Positions 1 to 10,547 of a stretch of DNA of 64,000 bases are shown one piece after another. Each line of letters opens with the position of its first letter. Position 1 is the first letter of the stretch. The notes beneath the pieces are model-generated. The model saw only the letters and a list, made by a program, of their open reading frames with translations. It ran no database searches and was not told the origin of the DNA. Made by a program: the position numbers and the translations under genes. Source of the stretch: Corallochytrium limacisporum Hawaii (lineage: Eukaryota; Protista; Pluriformea); contig PDIP01000008.1 in assembly GCA_002811645.1 (NCBI GenBank), forward strand, positions 190,608 to 254,607. Reading direction: 5' to 3'.

Positions 1-913
1 GGTCGTGACAAGTTGGGATGTCATCGATAAGGCCAATGACAGGGCCTGCGGTCCAGATTCCGTGATCGGGGTCACCACGTTTCTCACCCTCACGGCCACG
101 GGTACCGTTGACCAAAGGCGCAAGGTCGGCAAAATCGGTCTGGCCGGCCTGACTCTCAATGTTCACGACCTCCTCAGCAACCTTGTTTTTGTAGACACGG
201 GCAGTGTTGCGCAGAGAGCGGAAGATCAAAGTCGTCTGGCGCTCGTCACTTTCAACACAGCGCTGTTTGAACTCCTGAGGCCAGGGACATTCCTTGGTCA
301 CGCAGAAACGAGTGCCCATGTTAATTCCAATGGCACCCATGCTAAGGGCAGCTGCCAGTCCCGCTCCGTCACCGATGGAGCCGGAAGCAATAAACGGCAC
401 CTTCAACTTGCGCTTGCAGATGGGCAAAAGAGTGAAAAGAGTGTTGTCGTCCTCACCAGGGTGTCCCGCGCATTCGAAGCCGTCCATGGATACAATGTCG
501 ACACCGGCACGCTCGGAGCTCTGGGCGTGGCGGATGCTGGTGCACTTATGGATGCAAATGAGGCCGGCGTCCTTGAACATACGGACCCACTTCTTGGGGT
601 TGTTGCCAGCGGTTTCGACGATTTTGATGCCTTCCTCGATAATCACCCGAGCGAACTCTTCGTACGGAGGGGGGGTAATGGCAGGCAGAATGGTCAGATT
701 CACGGCGAATGGCTTGTCAGTCATGCTACGTACTCGTGCGATTTCACGGCGAAGGTTCTCAGGAGATCCCGTGTTGAGGGCAGTCAGGCACCCGAGAGCA
801 CCAGCATTGGACACCGCAGCGGTCAGCTCAGCTGTACCAGCACCAGTCATACCACCGCAGACGATGGGGTGCTGGATGCCCAGCATTTCGGTAAGCTTGG
901 TCTTCAGAGGCAT
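1..913 (-). CDS. FMN-dependent NADH:quinone oxidoreductase / nitronate monooxygenase family (PA1024-like); 3' end runs off the window
   Basis: Not in ORF track; translated by hand from ATG at 913: MPLKTKLTEMLGIQHPIVCGGMTG...VETAGNNP...HKCTSIRHA...DGFECAGHPGEDD...IASGSIGDG...NMGTRF...RSLRNTARV...GIWTAG; open to the window edge. Confidence 0.92.
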   Translation of the reverse strand, partial: MPLKTKLTEMLGIQHPIVCGGMTGAGTAELTAAVSNAGALGCLTALNTGSPENLRREIARVRSMTDKPFAVNLTILPAITPPPYEEFARVIIEEGIKIVETAGNNPKKWVRMFKDAGLICIHKCTSIRHAQSSERAGVDIVSMDGFECAGHPGEDDNTLFTLLPICKRKLKVPFIASGSIGDGAGLAAALSMGAIGINMGTRFCVTKECPWPQEFKQRCVESDERQTTLIFRSLRNTARVYKNKVAEEVVNIESQAGQTDFADLAPLVNGTRGREGEKRGDPDHGIWTAGPVIGLIDDIPTCHD

Positions 914-2460
914 AATGTATCACTGATCTTTTCCGACCTCGATTCTCTCTCGAACCATCAATTTGCTGATCAACTCTGCAGCTAAACACGCACCGTAACA
1001 GCTTTTATACCTGCGGACTGCGCAATTCTCTGTGGGAGGCTGTGTGTCAATATGGCGGCTGTGAATCAGCCTCGCTCTGGCTATGCCCAACACACAGTCA
1101 TTCCTTTCGGCAACGCATACTCCTCTGCGATACAAGCCACCTGGAAAGGGCAAGTGGTGTCTCTGGCTCTCGTACACCCCCAAACTCCCTGTACCATCTC
1201 TCAGAAGGGCCGGCGGTTTTGGGCTGTGGTTCCCCATCGACGAGTGAGACAACCCAAACCCACGGCTGTGAAAGCCCACATCAAAAAGCTCTGTGCAGGA
1301 AGAGAAGCATACATACGGAAGGAACCAAGCACGGGATCTTCACCGCAGGCAGCGGTGTATCATTCAAGCCTCAGCTGACGGATCCCTAGATTGCTTTGAG
1401 CACATACACGCACGTAAATCCAGGAGTCCGCGTGTGTATGTGCAGGCATTCGTTGCCGATGGATCAGCACACTTGCCTCGTCGCAGAGCCCACCTTAACC
1501 AGTCTTGCGAACCTCGGTGTGCCTAAGTTTAGAACAGAACTTCACATCCACGGCCGAATGGTCGAAATAATTGCGGGTGAAGCCGAGAAAAGCCCACCCA
1601 GCACAGTGTGCCTCAGTACCGCCACCACCGGGGTCACCGACGTGTACGGCTCGGTGCTGAATAAACGGACACAGAGCCACACTACCGGGCCGTCCAATTA
1701 GCCTCCATTTCATCTCCCAACGGGAGGAGCGTCTTCGCGCGAGGGCCCCCCCCCGGGCAAGGCGGTCGTGTTTTTGCCGTTCCTAGGGCTTGGTTTGCCC
1801 GTGCATGGCTGGGTTCTTTGGAGGCAAGCGAGGCCTCCTTAGGTTGCGCGCTCGCCGGAACAGCGAAGGGCGTTCCAAAAAGGATAAAAAAAATTTAACC
1901 CCGGGTTGGCGGCGTGCAAAGCGGCCAGGGGACAAAAAGAACAAAATGGAAACACAGGCCTGACACAAAAAGGCAGAATGACCCATAAAACCGGGAAAAA
2001 GTGCCAAATCCTAACAATGGAACTGAGGATTCATCGTCACCCAGTACCCTGTCACCATCAGTCAGCCAGTTCTGCAGGGTCGAGGTTGGTTGAAGAGCAG
2101 GGTAGACCCACTGTGGCGAAGGCCGGCGTCATCCAAGAAGACATAACAAACAGGAAGGTAAGTACAGCACACACTGTACGGCAGACACGGGATGAGACCG
2201 AAATAACACCACCATCCACAGGGACGACACCAAGTAACAACACAAGGGGATCGGTCGCGGAGCGCCCCGTCTCGGGCGCTGTGTTCTGTAGTAGCCGAAC
2301 CCGTAGCACGATTCTGTCTGCTTCCCCGGGTCAAACAGCGGTAGAAGCACGGACGAACTTGGGGAGGGGGGATTGAGTGATAATCGCTCCTTGCTGGTGC
2401 GGTCCGCGACGGACAGTGCAGTGTGTTTCTATTTTTTTCCCCTTTAAAAGGAACCCGGGG

Positions 2461-2487
2461 CACACACACACACACACACACACACAC
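2461..2487 (+). repeat. (CA)n microsatellite
   Basis: Direct read. Confidence 0.9.
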
Positions 2488-3306
2488 CGTCTCCTCCCCT
2501 CACCCCCACCAAGCGCAAAAAACTCTTTCTTTTTCTTTTTTTTTGTGTCTTTCCCGGTCGGCCTGATCCAACCCCCCCCCCCTTCCCCCTTCCCTCTGCT
2601 GACTCGGACGTGTGCTAAAAATAGCTTTGAATGGGCAGCGCAGTATATTCGCTACCTCGGCCAGCCCCCCGACCGCCGGGCTTAGGGAAGCGCTTGGTTC
2701 TTTTCCCCCCCCCCCTTCTTTTTGCTCAGTGTTTTCTTTGAAAGACGTGCAGAACAGACCCATTGGGAGGGGTTCGGAAAGCGCAGTAGTGAAACCGTCG
2801 TTGTGGGGATCGGTACTGTAGGTGCTCGCAGCACGCCTTCAAGCCTGGCGGCTGTATGCATAATATGTCCAACGCAGTGAAGTATCATCGTCAAACATCC
2901 TGGCCAGTCCCATTTAGACATCTTCTTCGTCATCATACTTGAGCTTGTCATATGGTGATTTCGGCGCTCCCACACCACAAGGTATGGTGGTTGGTGAGTG
3001 CCCTGGATATGCTTTGCATGTGGCAGATTGTACGGTTGGCGGGTACGGCTGACAAATACGCAGAGATCCCGAACCACAACCTCGCCAGTGCACATTTTTC
3101 TGATTGTACAGGCGCCCCCAGGCGGAGAGAGGAGTGCGCAGCGATGACCGGGCCCGTATCACCGACGAAGGTGGTGCGGACACTGAACCAAGTTCCGGGT
3201 GCGTACACCACGTACGAAAGGAACGAGGTTTCACCGCACATTTACAATGTGTGGCTTAACGTGAACTCCGGTGTTCGGATCGAGTTTGTTGTGGGTCCCA
3301 ATAGAT

Positions 3307-4644
3307 ATGCCGTCGTCGTCCAAGGTCGCTGAAAGAGCCGCGACCGCTGGCCGCAAGGTCAATTTTGGCTTGCCTAAAGAAGTCACTGACTATTTGCATG
3401 AGTTGGATGGCTTTATTGAGCGAGAGATTAAACCTCTGCAGATGCAGAATGACAACATGCGGTTCTTTGACCACCGGCGTGAGGATAGTCGCACTGACTG
3501 GCACCGGGGAGGCCTGCCCAACAAGGAGTGGGAAGAGTTGCTGAGTGAGATGCGCCGGCGCGCCGATAAGGCAGGCCATTTGCGTTTCGCACTGCCCCGC
3601 AAATACGGTGGTAGGGACGGTGGTAACCTCGCTATGGCTGCAATCCGGGAGCATCTGGCTGCCAAGGGTCTCGGCCTGCACAATGATCTACAGAACGAGG
3701 CGAGCATAGTGGGCAATATCCCCACTGTGTGGATGTTTGACCTCTTCGGAACCGAGAAACAAAAACAAACTTTCATCAATGGCATGTTTACAGGTGAAAC
3801 TATCTGTGCCTTTGGCTTGACTGAACCTGCACACGGGAGTGACGCAACTTGGATGGAGACAAAGGCAGTACAGGACAGCACCGGGAACTGGATCCTTGAC
3901 GGTGAGAAGACCTGGAACACAGGTGTTCATGTCGCCACACACGACCTAGTCTTTGCACGCACCCACGGCAAGGACGGCGATGCGTTCGGTATAACTTGCT
4001 TCATCGTTCCTATGGACAGCGCTGGTGTTAATGTGGAGGAATACCTCTGGACCTTCAATATGCCCACTGATCATGCCCGGGTGAGCTTCCAGAACGTCAA
4101 AGTGCCTAAGGACATGGTCCTCGGGGAGCCTGGCAAGGGTTTAGCAGTGGCACAGTGCTTTCTACACGAGAACCGCATCCGCCAGGCTGCCAGTGGCATT
4201 GGCGCCGCGCAGTACTGCGTAGATGAGGCGGTCAAGTATTCACTGGAGCGCAAGGTTTTTGGCCAACCATTAGCCCGCAAGCAGGCTATTCAGTGGCCCC
4301 TGATCGAGCTGCAGAGTGAAATCGAAGCCGTGCGTCTGTTGATTTATAAGACTGCTTCTCTAATGGACCAGGTGGACCCCAAGGAGTACCCAGCCAAGGT
4401 AGGACACTTGGTCAGCATGTGCAACTACCGGGCGAATCGTCTAGTGTGCGAGGCAGCAGATCAGGCAATGCAGGTTCATGGTGGTCTCGGATACAGCCGG
4501 CACAAGCAATTTGAACACATCTACCGCCACCACCGGCGATACCGGATCACTGAAGGTTCCGAGGAGATCCAGAAACGTCGAGTCGGTGCCTGGCTCTTTG
4601 GATACATCGGTGAAGCACCGTGGCAGAATCGGTCAAAGCTGTAA
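3307..4644 (+). CDS. Acyl-CoA dehydrogenase, bacterial-type clade, with C-terminal PTS1 (SKL)
   Basis: AFGLTEPAHGSDA, GEKTWNT, ERKVFGQPLA, AMQVHGGLGYS, RITEGSEEIQ; ends NRSKL; first in-frame ATG is 3307 (ORF track starts at a GTG). Confidence 0.93.
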   Translation: MPSSSKVAERAATAGRKVNFGLPKEVTDYLHELDGFIEREIKPLQMQNDNMRFFDHRREDSRTDWHRGGLPNKEWEELLSEMRRRADKAGHLRFALPRKYGGRDGGNLAMAAIREHLAAKGLGLHNDLQNEASIVGNIPTVWMFDLFGTEKQKQTFINGMFTGETICAFGLTEPAHGSDATWMETKAVQDSTGNWILDGEKTWNTGVHVATHDLVFARTHGKDGDAFGITCFIVPMDSAGVNVEEYLWTFNMPTDHARVSFQNVKVPKDMVLGEPGKGLAVAQCFLHENRIRQAASGIGAAQYCVDEAVKYSLERKVFGQPLARKQAIQWPLIELQSEIEAVRLLIYKTASLMDQVDPKEYPAKVGHLVSMCNYRANRLVCEAADQAMQVHGGLGYSRHKQFEHIYRHHRRYRITEGSEEIQKRRVGAWLFGYIGEAPWQNRSKL

Positions 4645-4703
4645 GGCTTTGCTAGATACTTGAAATTCGAAGATTTTGATATATTACAGACTAGTGAATG
4701 AAA

Positions 4704-6302
4704 TCAATCTCCCAGAGGGACGTTGCAATCATACTTCGACATCTGGTTCCGTGTCCTTGCCATGATCGCATCCTCTGTGCCTGTGTTGCGGATGAGTCCC
4801 TTGAAGCTTAGCAGGTTTTCAAGCATGCCCTCCATATTTTCTTTCCTGAAGTCACGACTAAATTGCCGCATCAGTCCCAGACCAAAACTGACCATGGCCT
4901 GGTAGCCCTCTAACAAGAAGACGTCCCAAAGGCGAAGCGTCAAGCTGAACGGCACCGCATCAATGTATCCCGTCAGGAACCACTTGGTGGTGAACATTGG
5001 CATGCCCAGGTCATGAGCTTCCATATGCCGACCCAGCCTGCGGTCGCAGTGCATGATGCGCTTTTGGAGTACGTCGTTAGTGAGGAATAGCCTCGGGAAT
5101 CCCGGCTGGTACAGTCCTTCGAGGCCATACTTGGGATCCTGCATCAGTTTGTGGAGTACCCAGAAGCATTCGTCCTCGTTCCGAATGTACATCAACAGGA
5201 ACGCTGTCAGGCCGGACATACCCTGACAGTATCCGACGGTTGGATTGTATACACTGTAGGCGCTCAGCACGCGAAACAGCTGTTGCTGCTTAACATCGTA
5301 GCGGTCCTTGTAGGCGACATGGTTTCGAAAGGTGCGATGAATGTCAATGTCAATCTGATGCAGATCATTGCTAGTCTTCTCCGCTCTGGCCAGACAGTCT
5401 TCATATACTCCTGCCATCTCCTTCTCCTCACGAATGGCATCAATGTCAATGTGTAAGAGGCGAGGCCAAATGGCTGACCTGTAACTGTCGGGAATGCCCT
5501 TGTAGATGCGGCCTTTGAGCTTTGCAGATCCTTTGTACTGCTGCCATTTGCGATCCATTTCTACCCACTTCATGCTGCGTCTCCTTTCTGTTGCCTCTTC
5601 TTCGAGTTCTTCTCTCGTCTTGTCTTTGTCGATGATCTTTTCGTCCCGTATAAACCCATAGCGGTCGACCCGCGCCGCCACGTCGAAAATGGGATCTTCC
5701 CAGTCTTCAATGGGTACAGCTTTGTCTTTGCTTCTGCCCTCGCGATACTTTTGCACAATCAATGCCCGCTCTGCGTCCGCTTCGGCCTTCAATTCCTCCT
5801 CGGTCTTTTCTTCTGGTTCCTCCTCCTCGGTTGAAGAGTCCGTCTTGGCCGTTGCGGTGCCGTCTCCACCAACAAAGGGCACTGGTCCGGCAAAGTTCTT
5901 TAAGTCAATTTTTCGCTCATCTTCTGCAGTCTCCCGCATACGAGCCAGTACACTTTCACGGGTGGCTTCGTCCAGTCTTGGCACTGGATCCTCCGCACTG
6001 CTTATGTCAGACTTGGTTGCGTTGTCGTCGGTTCCGTAGAAGTCAAGCGTGCTCGATACAGTGCTAGTGCAGTGCGCATGACTTGTTCCCATACCGGAGT
6101 CATCTATAGTCTCCTCTTCTTTCTTTGGGTGTATAATTTGTTTACCGTTTACTTCGGAATCTTCTTCGCTGGCATCATCTCGGTGGTCTTCAAGCACAAC
6201 TTCAACTGGATCCGTGGCCGGACCGGGTGCCTCATACTCGTCCAGTGCCGGGGATGTCGGCTTTTCCTCCGGTAAGGGATCATTTTTTGTTACCTCTGTC
6301 AT
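4704..6302 (-). CDS. TBC-domain Rab GTPase-activating protein (USP6NL/RN-tre-like)
   Basis: VDRYGFI, RIYKGIPDSYRSAIW, QIDIDIHRTF (Arg finger), GYCQGMS (Gln finger), LRLWDVFLLEG; acidic N-terminus. Confidence 0.92.
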   Translation of the reverse strand: MTEVTKNDPLPEEKPTSPALDEYEAPGPATDPVEVVLEDHRDDASEEDSEVNGKQIIHPKKEEETIDDSGMGTSHAHCTSTVSSTLDFYGTDDNATKSDISSAEDPVPRLDEATRESVLARMRETAEDERKIDLKNFAGPVPFVGGDGTATAKTDSSTEEEEPEEKTEEELKAEADAERALIVQKYREGRSKDKAVPIEDWEDPIFDVAARVDRYGFIRDEKIIDKDKTREELEEEATERRRSMKWVEMDRKWQQYKGSAKLKGRIYKGIPDSYRSAIWPRLLHIDIDAIREEKEMAGVYEDCLARAEKTSNDLHQIDIDIHRTFRNHVAYKDRYDVKQQQLFRVLSAYSVYNPTVGYCQGMSGLTAFLLMYIRNEDECFWVLHKLMQDPKYGLEGLYQPGFPRLFLTNDVLQKRIMHCDRRLGRHMEAHDLGMPMFTTKWFLTGYIDAVPFSLTLRLWDVFLLEGYQAMVSFGLGLMRQFSRDFRKENMEGMLENLLSFKGLIRNTGTEDAIMARTRNQMSKYDCNVPLGD

Positions 6303-7395
6303 AGTGCTTGCCTATGTGAAGAATATTATTTAGATTGCAACAAAAGGTAGCGATGCTTCACGGAGTACGACCCATTGTGAACGATAACCTGTTTGCCTCC
6401 TCCTTTTCAACAGCTCTTTCCGGACCCAAAAGGCTTCCAATCTTTTTCAAAAATTAATTTTGAACATATGTACTTGTATTCACACCTGTGCGCGTTCAAG
6501 TAGCTCTACCAAAGACCGTGAGACCAGTCTTTTCTGCTGGTTAGTGTTGGCGGTTCCCCCGAGCGACAAAGAGTGTCCACAGTATCAACCCTTTCATCCT
6601 GGCCCCTCAGAGCCCTCTGATACGGTGTCGCCGAGCAGTACATTCACTACTGGTGTCAAGGCTCCTTCTGTTGTGCTGGACCGCGTAGGGACTATGGTGG
6701 GGGACCAGACCAAGGGTAGGATCTGTGAGCTCTCGTTTCTCACGGAATCCATAGTGAACATACTGAAATTGTTTCTCAAACCAGGGAAGCAACAAAAAGA
6801 GCTTAAAGAATATGATAAGGCGCAATGGGCACCCCCTTTAATGCCCAACAAAAGCGAGCTAAGCTGGGTTCATGGAATAACTTCTTTCAGACGGCAACGC
6901 GCAGTGAATGTACCGAAACATTTGCGGAGCTGAGAGTGGGTGTTCCTGTTGGGCGTATAACCAATACACAGAACTACGGGGCGTTGATTTAAATGATTAA
7001 ATGATTAAAACTATATTTGACTACGAACTGTAAACAAAACACGAGGACAGAAGGAGGGGAAGGGAAAGAGAGGGAGGGAGAGGGTATACGGCAAAGGGAG
7101 AGAGAGACCCACGGCCCAGCGAGGGTGGGGCTATGGTGTTAGTGTACGACAGTACCCGCGGATACAGCGCACGGCAGCACACATATTGCAACACGTCAAG
7201 CTCGGACTGCACTTTTTCATTTTCTATTTGGCTTAAGAATGCAAACGGTCACCAAGGCCATTTACACATTTTCAGTTGTGGTATTTGGAAAATCATGCGC
7301 GAACTATGCAACATGAACACATCAGGACAAAAACCACGGAACTCACTACCGGGACAGTAGCTTTCACACACTAGACTACACCTCACATATTCACC

Positions 7396-7629
7396 ATGGG
7401 CCTCTTCGACACTAAGATTAAGGATCTGCCTCGCTACTTTACCCGCCAAGTGGTCGGTGGCGGCGTCGTCACCGACGTGTCACGCTCCTTCATGGGTTAC
7501 GCTCAGACTTACCTCCGGGCGGGCAAGGTCAACCCTGTGTTCCACGTTATCATTGGTCTTGGCATTATGGGATATGCTCTGGAATATCCTCACATCTACG
7601 AATCTGAGCGCCAGGCCAAGCACCACTAA
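7396..7629 (+). CDS. ATP5MF: Mitochondrial ATP synthase subunit f
   Basis: 77 aa; KIKDLP N-terminus, Y..TYL, one TM helix ending GYALEYPH, C-terminal KHH; good start context (caccATGg). Confidence 0.72.
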   Translation: MGLFDTKIKDLPRYFTRQVVGGGVVTDVSRSFMGYAQTYLRAGKVNPVFHVIIGLGIMGYALEYPHIYESERQAKHH

Positions 7630-7797
7630 GTCCACTTGTGATTTATGCGGGACAATAGTACGTTCATGAAAAAGCACATTCACGTGGGATCATTCTCCTA
7701 GTAATAGTTAATAAACAAATTCATCACATCGTATAAATATGAGCATGGGTTACCATTGGCAGCGATTTGAGGCACAATGAGAACATACTACATGGAT

Positions 7798-9582
7798 TTA
7801 ATGAATACGAACCTTATCAAAGTCAAATGCCAGGGTATTTGAGGCATTAATTTGCTTGATCAACTTGTTCTTGTAGGCATTGAAGTCGCCCTCAAACTCG
7901 ACCACCTCCTTATCCTGACCACAAATCCAGATCTTCTCACAGACCTGGTCGATGAAGTAGCTATCGTGAGACACAGCCACGACGCCACCCTTAAACTCGT
8001 TCAGAGCCTTGATAAGGGCGTCAATTGAGTCCATGTCCAAATGGTTAGTAGGCTCGTCCAACAGAAGAATGTGCGGTGCCTTCCAGCAGATGTAGGCAAA
8101 CCAGAGTCTAGCCTTTTGTCCACCACTAAGAGTCTGAGTCGGACGCATGGCAAGTTCACCGGAAAGACCAAAGGCACCCAAATGGGCACGCACACGCTCG
8201 ACTCGGGGACGACCCTTATCATCCTTCTCGATGTCAGGAAACTTGTCCAGCATGTACTGCACTGCAGTGACCTCCAAGTTCAACTCCTCGATGACGTGCT
8301 GAGAATACACAGCAGTCCGCAGGAATTTGTTGCGTTCTACATCACCCTCAACGGCCTCTAGTTCACCACTAAACAGCTTCAACAGAGTGGTCTTGCCACA
8401 GCCATTGGGTCCAACCAGGGCGATGCGATCCTTTAGATCGATACCGAAGCTCAGGTCTTCGTACAGAATGTGTTCCTTGTCGTAACCAAACTTGGCGTCG
8501 TGGAATCGCAAGATGGGGTGCTGCAGCTCACCCGGATCGGGAAAGACGAAGCGAACGTCCTTTTCCTCGGTGAGAGCCTCAACCATCTCCATCTTCTCCA
8601 ATTTCTTCTTGCGGTCGCTAGCCATACCTGCAGTTGATGCGTTTCCGCGGGTCCGCTCAATGGTCTCCTTGAACTCCTTGATTTGCTTCTGCTGCTTGTC
8701 GTAGATCTTTTGTTGTTCGCGACGACGCTCCTCACGGATCTTGACAAACGCATTGAAGTTACCAGGGTAGTCGTTCAGCTTCTGGTTCTCAATGTGCAGG
8801 ATGTGGTTGCACACACTGTTAAGGATCTCCTTGTTGTGACTAATTAAGACGAGGGTCTTAGGATACCGAGTCAGGTAGTCCTCCAGCCAAATTGAGGCGT
8901 GCAGATCCAAATGATTGGTTGGCTCATCAAGCAACAGCAGCTGAGGCTCACGCAGTAGGGCACGAGCCAGACTGATGCGCATCCGCCACCCACCACTGTA
9001 GGTGTCTACTAAGCGCTTCTGCATCTCCGGAGTGAATTGAAGCCCCGACAGAATGGCCGCTGCACGAGCCTCAGTCCGGTCGGCCTGGATCTCTTCCAAA
9101 CGTTCATAAACCATCTGCAAGCGCTCAGCATCCTCTTCCGTGATTTCTTCTTTCTCTGTCAGACGCTTCTCTTCCCTCAGCAGACCCTCACGCTCCCAAT
9201 CGGCCTCGATAACGGCCTGGAGAGTGTCCTTTCCAAGAATTTCGGACACATCCTGTTCAACATACTGCATATCCAATTCCCTGGGAATGCCTGGAATCTG
9301 ACGCTCCGCAATAGCCTTAACCAAAGAAGACTTACCACTGCCGTTCTTACCAATGATACCATAGCGCTTACCCCAGGCAAAGACTACAGTGGCATCATTG
9401 ATGAGCTTGTTGCCGCCGTGTGCAATGCTCACTTTCTGAAGACTGAGATCGAGTTGAGGGTCCTGCCATCCAAGACGGATCTGGAAGGTACCATCACCTT
9501 CCTCCTCAAGCTTTAACTGTCGGATCTCTTCCTCTTTCTGCTTCTTGACCGCAGCCTTTTTCGCACGATCGCGTTTACCCAT
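7798..9582 (-). CDS. ABC-F family soluble ATPase (two NBDs, no TM segments)
   Basis: GKNGSGKS / YSGGWRMR / LLLDEPTNHLD and GPNGCGKT / LSGGQK / LLLDEPTNHLD. Confidence 0.95.
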   Translation of the reverse strand: MGKRDRAKKAAVKKQKEEEIRQLKLEEEGDGTFQIRLGWQDPQLDLSLQKVSIAHGGNKLINDATVVFAWGKRYGIIGKNGSGKSSLVKAIAERQIPGIPRELDMQYVEQDVSEILGKDTLQAVIEADWEREGLLREEKRLTEKEEITEEDAERLQMVYERLEEIQADRTEARAAAILSGLQFTPEMQKRLVDTYSGGWRMRISLARALLREPQLLLLDEPTNHLDLHASIWLEDYLTRYPKTLVLISHNKEILNSVCNHILHIENQKLNDYPGNFNAFVKIREERRREQQKIYDKQQKQIKEFKETIERTRGNASTAGMASDRKKKLEKMEMVEALTEEKDVRFVFPDPGELQHPILRFHDAKFGYDKEHILYEDLSFGIDLKDRIALVGPNGCGKTTLLKLFSGELEAVEGDVERNKFLRTAVYSQHVIEELNLEVTAVQYMLDKFPDIEKDDKGRPRVERVRAHLGAFGLSGELAMRPTQTLSGGQKARLWFAYICWKAPHILLLDEPTNHLDMDSIDALIKALNEFKGGVVAVSHDSYFIDQVCEKIWICGQDKEVVEFEGDFNAYKNKLIKQINASNTLAFDFDKVRIH

Positions 9583-10547
9583 GGTGATAGTCTGCTTTCA
9601 CGTTCCTTGTTCTCCAACAGGAAATATACAAACCTATTCACGCTTAGATGGCCAGTTACACTGCATGCATATTGCTATCCTCAAATACTAGTCAGTCTAC
9701 GTCCTAGACCGGCTGCAATGTGCTTATCGATATTTGAAAGGCGAGCGCACCTCCGTGTTTACTGTCTTGGCTCTCACAATTCTTTTCGTGGGGAGGTCTC
9801 AACAAACATATTTTTTTCTTCGTCCTCCCCCCCTCCCCCTTCCCTCCATCCACGCAGGTACGGCGGCAACCACGAGAAAGGCAGCGCAGAATTTTGCTTC
9901 GTTTTAGCCCTCTACGTGTTTGTCCGATCCTGGCTGTAGACATTCACCGGGGTTCGCTCCAACACCCCTGCCCCCCCGGGGGGGGGGGGGGGGGGNNNNN
10001 NNNNNNNNNNNNNNNNNNNNNNNNNNNNNNNNNNNNNNNNNNNNNNNNNNNNNNNNNNNNNNNNNNNNNNNNNNNNNNNNNNNNNNNNNNNNNNNNNNNN
10101 NNNNNNNNNNNNNNNNNNNNNNNNNNNNNNNNGGGGGCGTTGTTCCTCTGCTTCCATTCCTCGGCGCCCTGTGTTCGTGAGGCTCTCCCTGTTTTTCTCC
10201 CGGTGTGGTCCTTGTTTCCTCCCCCTCCTGCCCACCTCTTCCGTCCCGCACTCTTTAGAAATGTCACGCGGGTCGGTCGAGATTTGTGGGGACGGTCACT
10301 GAGGGTTCGACTCCTCACTTTAGTGTCATGCAGTCGTACGCTTTGCAATGAAAATGATGTGTACTGTGATGGGCTATGACGATCCCTGATGAGCAAAGCA
10401 AACTGACGATGATGTACATGGCAAATATGGATACTATGTGTTTCATATTATTTTGAAACTATGGATTTCGAAACAAGGAAATTGGAAATGATGAATGATG
10501 ATGTTTGTGATCTGTTTGCTTTGGATATAATTCAGCCCAGAGCCGAA

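Noticed and set aside
5-985. 326-aa plus-strand ORF
   Set aside because: Antisense shadow of the minus-strand oxidoreductase; similar shadow ORFs overlap RPL10, OXCT1, the ABCGs and RCHY1
2914-3332. Short ORFs upstream of ACAD, and 6460-6933
   Set aside because: Non-ATG starts and no recognisable motifs
10386-10410. CTGATGA...AAAC hammerhead-like or C/D-box-like motif
   Set aside because: No GAAA core, stems or clear rRNA guide; lies in ABCG 3' flank
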